Below are positions 54,598-64,000 of a stretch of DNA of 64,000 bases, one piece after another. Under the pieces are notes generated by a model, which was not told the DNA's origin, did no database searches, and was given only the letters and a program-made list of their open reading frames with translations. How positions within the stretch are numbered: the stretch's first letter is position 1; the number at the start of each line of letters is the position of its first letter. Source of the DNA: Octopus vulgaris (taxonomy: Eukaryota); NCBI GenBank assembly GCA_951406725.2, contig OX597826.1:28706001-28770000 (forward strand), in the 5' to 3' direction. The position numbers were made by a program, and so were the translations under genes.

Positions 54598-55294
54598 GTG
54601 TGTGTGTGTGTGTAATTTATAGACAAACGCTCTTTAATTATTCCATCAATAGTGAAACAATATCATTCATAATAACCACATAAAAATTAATAAAATATCT
54701 TATAATTGTTATTCTAAAAATCTCATAACAAATCAAACATTAAATTGAATATGCGCATTTCATGACTTATTATATAAATTGATAATATTAAGGGTTAATA
54801 TTAATTCAATTAAAAATATATAGCCACTCTTCAGGTAAAAAAATAACATAAAATAAATTAAGAATTATAATAAAACAATATATTTATAAATACATGTATA
54901 TTAACAGTAATAATTCAATAAAATTTAACAATATTAATGTAAAGCAAAAACATAACTTATCTCATTGATATATATGACAGAAAGACAGATTAACACTAGT
55001 AGTCTCAATAAGTATATTTACTAGGAATACGAAATACAGAGAAGAGAATAAAGAATACAAAATAAACGAAATAGTCTCTTCCTTCTTGACAGCTGTTTCG
55101 GGAGTTGCAAGGATTACGTAATAAAGATTCATGATATCATAGCTGCATGGATCCTATATTTGAAGTCATGTTCATATTGTCGGATGAATATAGCAAACAG
55201 CATATTTTATAGATGTATATATGTTTCCATACCTATATAGCACACACAAACACACGCACGCGCACACTCATACATACCTACGCATGAGTGTATA

Positions 55295-55505
55295 TCTTTT
55301 ACTTTTAACTTGCTTCAGACTGCGACTGTGGTGGAGCACAGTCTTGAAGAAATTTAGTTGAACGAATTGACCCGAGTTCTAAATGTTTTTAAAGCCTTAT
55401 ATTTAGTCTATCAGCCTCTTTCACTGAACCACTAAGTTATAGGGACAAACACTGGTTGTCATGCGGCAGTAGGGAATAAACACATACGCGATATTCATAC
55501 ATACA

Positions 55506-55562
<57 letters not shown>

Positions 55563-55620
55563 GTATATATATATATGTATATATATATGTATGTATATAT
55601 ATATTATGTATGTATATATG

Positions 55621-55670
<50 letters not shown>

Positions 55671-55810
55671 ACGAACTTTTTTCAGCTCCCGTCTTTCAAA
55701 TCCATTCATAAGGCTTTGGTCAGCCCAAGACCATAGTAGAAGATATGTGCCCAGAAGTCAAAGCAGCGGTACGAACCCGGACCCATATAGTTGGGAAGCA
55801 AACTCCTTAC
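55295..55810 (-). mobile_element. SINE family A with ~180-bp internal (TA)n
   Basis: Reverse-complement family A motifs. Confidence 0.75.
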
Positions 55811-55971
55811 TCTGCACCTACGCCTACATATTGGTATTTCTTTTTAATAAGAAATAAATTAGAGTCCGACGATTTACAAAAGTTTTTATTTGGCGGGAGG
55901 GGGGGGGCAAAATATATGCTCATTCGGGAATATAAAACTTATTTTATATGTGCGGGCGTGCGCGTGTGTGT

Positions 55972-56365
55972 TTGGCTGTGTGGTAAAAAGGTTGCTTCCC
56001 AACCACACAGTTCCGGGTTCAGTCCCACTGCGTGGCATCTTGGCAAGTATCTTCTACTATAGCCTCGGGTCGATCAAAGCCTTGTAAGTGGATTTGGTAG
56101 AAGGAAACTGAAAGAAGCCCGTCGCATACATATATGTATTTAATTATGTGTGTGGCTTTGTGTGTGTATTTGTCCCCCACCATCGCTTGACAACTGATGC
56201 TGGTGTGTTTATGTCCCCATAACGTAGCGGTTCGGCAAAAGAGAGCAATAGAATAAGTAATAGGCTTACAAAGAATAAGTCCTGGGTTCGATTTGTTCGA
56301 CTAAAACCCTTTAAGATAGTTTTCCGGCTTGGGTGCAGTCAAATGACTGAAACTAGTAAAAGAGT
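55972..56365 (+). mobile_element. SINE family A, near full length
   Basis: A-box and B-box, core and tail as in 8711-9139. Confidence 0.88.
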
Positions 56366-56450
56366 ATATATAATATATATATATATATAGTCTCACAGCC
56401 GGCCGCCAACACTTTTTTCTGCAAAATAGGGGTAGCTTATCCTGTTCAGG

Positions 56451-56576
<126 letters not shown>

Positions 56577-56788
56577 GAAATATTAAAATAACTAAGTCTC
56601 TCTAAAAGAGAACAGCGGCAGCGTTCCCGGAAAATAATAGTTATCGCCATACTAATATGGCATTCTTATAAAAATAAGAAAAAAGCTGTCCGCTTATTAG
56701 CTCCATGAGGCCATCGCCTTAAGTTAGCTATTTGATACACAAACTGTATCCATATAACCTTCGAACAAGGGAGGTCAGTCGCTCCACA

Positions 56789-56859
56789 CTACTTGACCGG
56801 CAGCTACAGACGCGTTTCGGGGTATTGCCCCTTTTCAATGCAGCGTAGCCAGCCAGTAG
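56789..56859 (-). ncRNA. Type I hammerhead ribozyme, copy 1 (U3-A8 variant)
   Basis: CUACU-GGCUGGC-uac-GCUGCA UUGAAAA GGGG-caaua-CCCC GAAA CGCG UC UGUAGC-u-GCCGGUC-a-AGUAG. Predicted cleavage between 56809 and 56808. Confidence 0.82.
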
Positions 56860-57150
56860 GTGTCGCTTCCGACAATCTCTGTTCGATGGTTTTATTTACC
56901 TAGTTTCGGTGGAATACATCCACTTGTTTTCAATAATAGAAATATTAAAATAACTAAGTCTCTCTAAAAGAGAACAGCGGCAGCGTTCCCGGAAAATAAT
57001 AGTTATCGCCATACTAATATGGCATTCTTATAAAAATAAGAAAAAAGCTGTCCGCTTATTAGCTCCATGAGGCCATCGCCTTAAGTTAGCTATTTGATAC
57101 ACAAACTGTATCCATATAACCTTCGAACAAGGGAGGTCAGTCGCTCCACA

Positions 57151-57221
57151 CTACTTGACCGGCAGCTACAGACGCGTTTCGGGGTATTGCCCCTTTTCAA
57201 TGCAGCGTAGCCAGCCAGTAG
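57151..57221 (-). ncRNA. Type I hammerhead ribozyme, copy 2 (identical)
   Basis: Same sequence 362 bp away. Predicted cleavage between 57171 and 57170. Confidence 0.82.
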
Positions 57222-57305
57222 GTGTCGCTTCCGACAATCTCTGTTCGATGGTTTTATTTACCTATTATCCTGAACAGGATAAGCTAGCCCTATTTTGCAT
57301 ATATA

Positions 57306-57420
<115 letters not shown>

Positions 57421-58455
57421 AAGAATATATGTATGTATGCATGCATGCTCTTATAAATATATATTGTATGTATTCTTAATTACATTTTCATCCTTAATAA
57501 ATTAAATTAACAGCACTTTCAATTTTAGAAAGTGAAACAGTACAATACTAATTCTTTCATTAATGAATACACATTAGTTTCATTATTTCGAAATCTAATA
57601 CAGCTATTATTACTAAATATTCATCATTTTTATGCATGTAATTAATAAACAAATATATTTATAATGCATTGGATTCAGTTTCTTGTTTGTTGATGTTATT
57701 TTTCTTTTTATTTTTCGTTTTTGTTTTTACAAAATACTTTTAATATTCTTAAACAATTAATGAAATAAAATTGAATAAAATTTTGCAGATTCTAAATTCC
57801 TGCTGTTGAAAACCTAAAAATCTTAAGACATTTTGTTTTCTTTTTTAAACTGCAAAAGTCACCATAAATAGGAATTAAAAACCCTCGTTTAAAGAAATAA
57901 ATTCATTTTTGTCTCTTTTGCCGGTCTTGTTCTATTCGAGCTATGATCCTTACTGAAGGAAGAATAGATGGTATGCCTGCATATGTGTAGGTATACCATC
58001 CATACGATGGTATACCTACACGATGTTTCATCGTAGCTTTCAGAAAAATGGATAGTTTTTTTAATTAAGTTTTCTGTGAATACTTTTCAGATGCTGTAGA
58101 TTCCAAATATATCGGAAATCATTGTGAAAAATCTTTTGGAAGGTAAGAGTTTGTTTTCTCCTAACTTTCAAAAAATGGCTACTTGTGAAAGAAATTTTCT
58201 ACAAATACATTACAGATGACATAAATTACGATTGTAACGGAATTTCATGTAAAACAAAAAATGGTGAGAGTGCACATATACATACGTTACATGATTTTTT
58301 CCAAAATTTCCAGTTTTATTTTGTAGACATGGCATATTTATCAAGTGTGTAGATATGCAGAATACACAACCTTATCTGCCGAATTATGAGATTTGTAACT
58401 ATCATATTCTTCCGTTGACAATACCTGTGAATAAACTTTGTATTTTAGAAGTTAA

Positions 58456-58620
58456 TCTATATATATAAGAGAGAGAGAGTTTGTATATGCGTGTGCGTAT
58501 CTTCCTTATGCATTCGAAAACTGAGTTGCCGATTTTGACGTATGGGGTATCAAAAGATTCAGTAATCTTTCGGTTACCAAATAAACTTTATTTTCATTGA
58601 CATATTTTCTATGTTATCTC
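58456..58620 (+). mobile_element. Possible Helitron-like 5' end
   Basis: tctatatatataagagagagag + TG-rich sequence + ccgattttgac. 3' end not identified. Confidence 0.35.
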
Positions 58621-59099
58621 AACAAACAGCTATAGTTATTTGAAATACACTGCTCTATAACGACCAGGTTTCATTAGAAAAAGAAAATAGCTGGCAAAAA
58701 TATTTCCAATGGGGAAATATATGCGCCATGGAAACCAGGTAACTGGATGTCTGGCGCTATGAGCTTATATAAAGAACCTTGAGAAGGAACTTTATCCTTA
58801 TCCTTTAAGAATTAAATTGGTGCTTTGCTTCAAATAAGCTTGGAGAGAGTAGGAAACTTGCAGGGAAAAGAAGCAGTAAATAAATCGGCAAAAGATATCC
58901 GGAAATTACTGCCGTATCTTTCCTAAGAAAACATAAGAATCTTAAAATTTTAGCATGGAGGTCCATGGCTGTTGATGCTTTTAGGCATGGTTCATGAAGA
59001 CAGAAGCAGTGAGTCAACTACAATTTCGTACACATACATGAATACATGTGTATATACGTACATACAAACGCATATATTCATATATACATACAAACATAC

Positions 59100-59130
<31 letters not shown>

Positions 59131-59265
59131 TGTATGTATGTATGTATGTATGTTTGTATGTATGTATGTGTATATACATATATATATATATGCATAAGTA
59201 TATACATATATAGATACATAAATACGCACATACACACACATATACATACATACGGACAGACAGAC

Positions 59266-60960
59266 ATGAAAAAGAGCCTTGACCTAGCTACAACATTCTC
59301 AAAAGATATAGGGTTGGAATTTGATCAGGATAAATGCTGCTATCTACGATGGTCTGGTGTCCCGTCCAGCGGGGGCGGGGGAACACATACGTCACAGAAA
59401 CCGGGAAACCGGGCCCATGAGCCTGGCTAGGCTTGAAAAGGGCAAGAAATATTGCTATATGGCTGTGAAAAGAGGAGAAAATGTAAACCAGACTACCAAC
59501 ATCTCGATCAATGATTTAACCGTTTCTCCTATATATGATAGGGAAAGTTACAGGTAACTAGGGTTACATGAAAGCATCTTACAATGGCACCTGTAACAAA
59601 ATATGTCACGAAAGAATATTGCAGCCGAATAAAGTAAATGTGGACCTCAGAATTCTCTGCATTCAATAAATCAGTGGGCCACAATATGTTTGTAGTGCCA
59701 ATACTCATACCGATTTTGGGGTATTTGATTGGACTCTTGATGAGATCCAAGTCATTGATGTGAAAACCCGGAAAATACTAACAAGCACACATAATTTCCA
59801 CATCAACAGCGACGTAGACCGCCGCTACCTAACATGAAAATAAGGAAGTAGAGTCTTAACATGCCTTTGAATATCGTATCGGCAACATCTTTTAACCACC
59901 ATTGTCGAAATGCATACCTTGACCAAGTCTGCATACGCGAGGCTAATAACATCATAAAACTTTGAAGGCAGCTCCTTGAGCAACACTCTTTGGCTGAAAA
60001 CCTTAAATACATGCCCAAAGAAGTAGCATGACTTTACTGCAACATATCATCAGATGAAAGAATGAGCCTATATGAGCAGAAGAATATGCACGGATATGTT
60101 AGTAGAAAGCTCAGAAATGATAGTAACATTGATCATCAAAGCAGTCTATCATGGACTAACAACCGGATTACTACCTCTCACTTTGTAAGGTATGTGTTTG
60201 CAATCCAGGAACAGGAAATATTAACCAAATAACTGATGCTCAAAAGGGTCAGAGACGCAAGAAAATCAGTCAAATGCGACGATCGATGCAGACTTTGTGG
60301 TGTTAACACCGAAGATATCACCTATATCATAATCAGTTGTCCGAAAATGTCATCACAGTATTATCTGCCGATGAGACATGGTGTGGCAGCTAAGACACTG
60401 TATAATGAGATCTGTTGGAAGGATAACCCCGAGGCCAAAGAGATAAGAACCCACAGCATGGTAGAAGCTATAGCCACTCAAAATGAAAAGGAATATTGGT
60501 GAAATGTTCTAGTCAAAACCTTAATAGAATGTAAAATTTCATAGGCCTGACAGTGATTTGGGATAGAGAAGAGAAACTGTGTACGGTTGTGGAAATCAGC
60601 TACCCAGCAGATGTTAATATAAAGCTACAGATCTGTGGAAAAGAAAATACCCACGCGGAACTATTGAGAAATCTAGAGTTACTCTACTCAGATTATAAGT
60701 TCAGGCTTATACCTGTAATTATTGGAGCAATGGGATATGTAACACACAACCTAAATAACAATCTTTGAGAAATTAGGCTTCTCAAAGCCAGAAAGGAGAA
60801 AGCTGATTTGAAGACTACAGATCTAAGCTATCATTGGAATGTAAAAATCTGAAAACTTCCCAGAAGTTTATCATTTAAATATATATGAGTATGTCTAGAA
60901 ATGCAACTATATGCATGAGAATACATATATAAAACAAATCATACAAATTTGCACATATAC
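59266..60960 (+). mobile_element. 5'-truncated RLE-type (R4/Dong-like) LINE, decayed, in (CATA)n
   Basis: FSKDIGLEFDQDKCCY (late RT), FAIQEQEI, CRLCGVNTEDITYIIISCPKMSSQYYLPMRH, IWDREEKLCTVVEISYPAD, IPVIIGAMG. Many stops. Related to 9846-10760. Confidence 0.9.
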
Positions 60961-61027
60961 ATACACACATGCATGCATACGTACGTACGTACGTACGTAC
61001 ATACATACATACATACCCTGTTGTTAT

Positions 61028-61240
61028 TCCTTTCTACTCTAGGCACAAGGCTTGAAATTTTATGGGAGGAGGCCAGTCGATTAGATCGACTCTAGTATGC
61101 AACTAGTACTTAATTTATCGACTCCGAAAGATGAAAGGCAAAGTCGACTTCGGCGGAATTTGAACTCAGAACATAAGGACAGACGAAATACTGCTAAGCA
61201 TTTCGCCCAGCGCGCTAACGTTTCTGCCAGCTCGCCGCCC
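61028..61240 (-). mobile_element. SINE family B monomer
   Basis: Reverse-complement family B head, core and tail. Confidence 0.88.
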
Positions 61241-61894
61241 TGTACGTACGTACCCGAATGAACAAATACATACGTACATACATGCATACATACATACATA
61301 CATACATACATACATACATACATACATACATACATACATACATACATGTATGCATACATACACAAATACCATATATACATACATACACACATACCATACA
61401 TACATACATACATACATACATACATACATACATACATACATGCATACATGCATACATACACACGTACATATTTCCGCGAATGTGTTTGCTTAAGTATTTT
61501 TTCATTCGTAAACCCATTCATTTATTTATTTATACATTAAAAAATTTCTTCAGCGTTTTTCATTCAATATCAACTTTCTGTTTCTTTCGTTCTATCATTC
61601 AAATATTTCTTTTTTATTCTTTTCGTCCATTTTTCTTCACCTGTTTCTAGTTTGATCTTCCCTTTTGTACGCCTGCGTGTGTGTGTGACAGTGTGGCTAT
61701 ATAGGTGTGTGCGTGTGTGTCCGTGCTTGTGTGTGTGCTTGTGTGTGTGTGTCTGTGTGAGGGTGGGTGTGAGCTTTCTCAACTTACAACCGCAGATCAA
61801 CTCATTTAGAATGCTTGTCAGGTGCAGAAAAGTTGCTTAAAAAGGAAAGAATAATAAAATAATAAAAACGATATTGATAACAATAAGAACAACA

Positions 61895-63290
<1,396 letters not shown>

Positions 63291-64000
63291 ATTTAAAATG
63301 AAATGAAAAAAATATATATATATATGTATAAAAACGTATCAAAACAACAAAAAAAAAGGATTGGGAGATAGGATGGATGACAAATGTACAAAGTTAAAGA
63401 AAGAAAAACGAGGCAAAAATGAGAAAAATAACGAAAACAAAATGAAGGGCAACGCCATTGAATTTTGTTCCGTTCCAATCACATTATCCTAAAATTTGTC
63501 TTAAAACATTCGTATTGGAGTGTGTTTATATGTATGTGTGCCTATGTGAGTGTGTGCGCGTGTGTATGTGTGTGCGTGTGTATGTGTGTGCGTGTTGGTG
63601 TGAATGTGGCTGTGATGAGTTGTACGTTTGTCGATGTATATATGTATGTGTGCATGTGTCTGTGTGTTTCTACGCGTATGTGTGTGTGTATTTATGATTG
63701 TGGGTGTTTATGTACACATGTGTACATATATGTGTGTAGCTGTGTGGTTGTATGTGTGTGCATCTGCACGTGTATGTTTGTCTTCATATATGTATTTATA
63801 AGTGTGTGTGTGTATGTAAGTGTGTATGTATATATATGTCTCTCTATATATGTATATGTATAATTATGTATACGCGTCCATGTAAGTATGTATGTATGTA
63901 TGTGTGTGTGTCTGCATGTACATATGTGTGTGAGCCTAAGAGTAAATGTAGTTAATGTGTGCGTATATATGTATGTGTGAATATGTGAGAAATGGTAAGA

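Noticed and set aside
58722-58737. Second X-box-like gcgccatggaaac
   Set aside because: Only one good half-site and no supporting motif cluster.

Overview
Repeat-dominated eukaryotic genomic DNA. The AT-richness, very dense (TA)n/(CATA)n/(AAT)n/(GTA)n microsatellites and tRNA-derived SINE families suggest an octopus or other cephalopod genome (inference). I recognise no host protein-coding exon, and most ORFs in the track are translated simple repeats. The window holds a decayed CR1/L2-type LINE, four R4/Dong-type RLE LINE remnants plus a putative 3' UTR fragment, a Tc1 and two mariner copies, Helitron-like and hAT-like non-autonomous elements, a Penelope-like GIY-YIG remnant, at least four SINE families, a ~3 kb phased A-tract satellite and one candidate promoter (RFX X-box/NRF1/ETS/CRE-like). 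The best finding is a non-coding 362-bp tandem element at 56571-57264 (minus strand). Each unit carries an intact-looking type I hammerhead ribozyme with a compensatory U3-A8 core pair, Schistosoma-like tertiary-contact loops and a palindromic stem III, so it is a candidate retrozyme or dimeric-hammerhead circRNA. At least six further, unrelated hammerhead-like remnants occur, mostly in or beside (TA)n tracts. All folds and alignments were done by eye and boundaries of decayed repeats are approximate.
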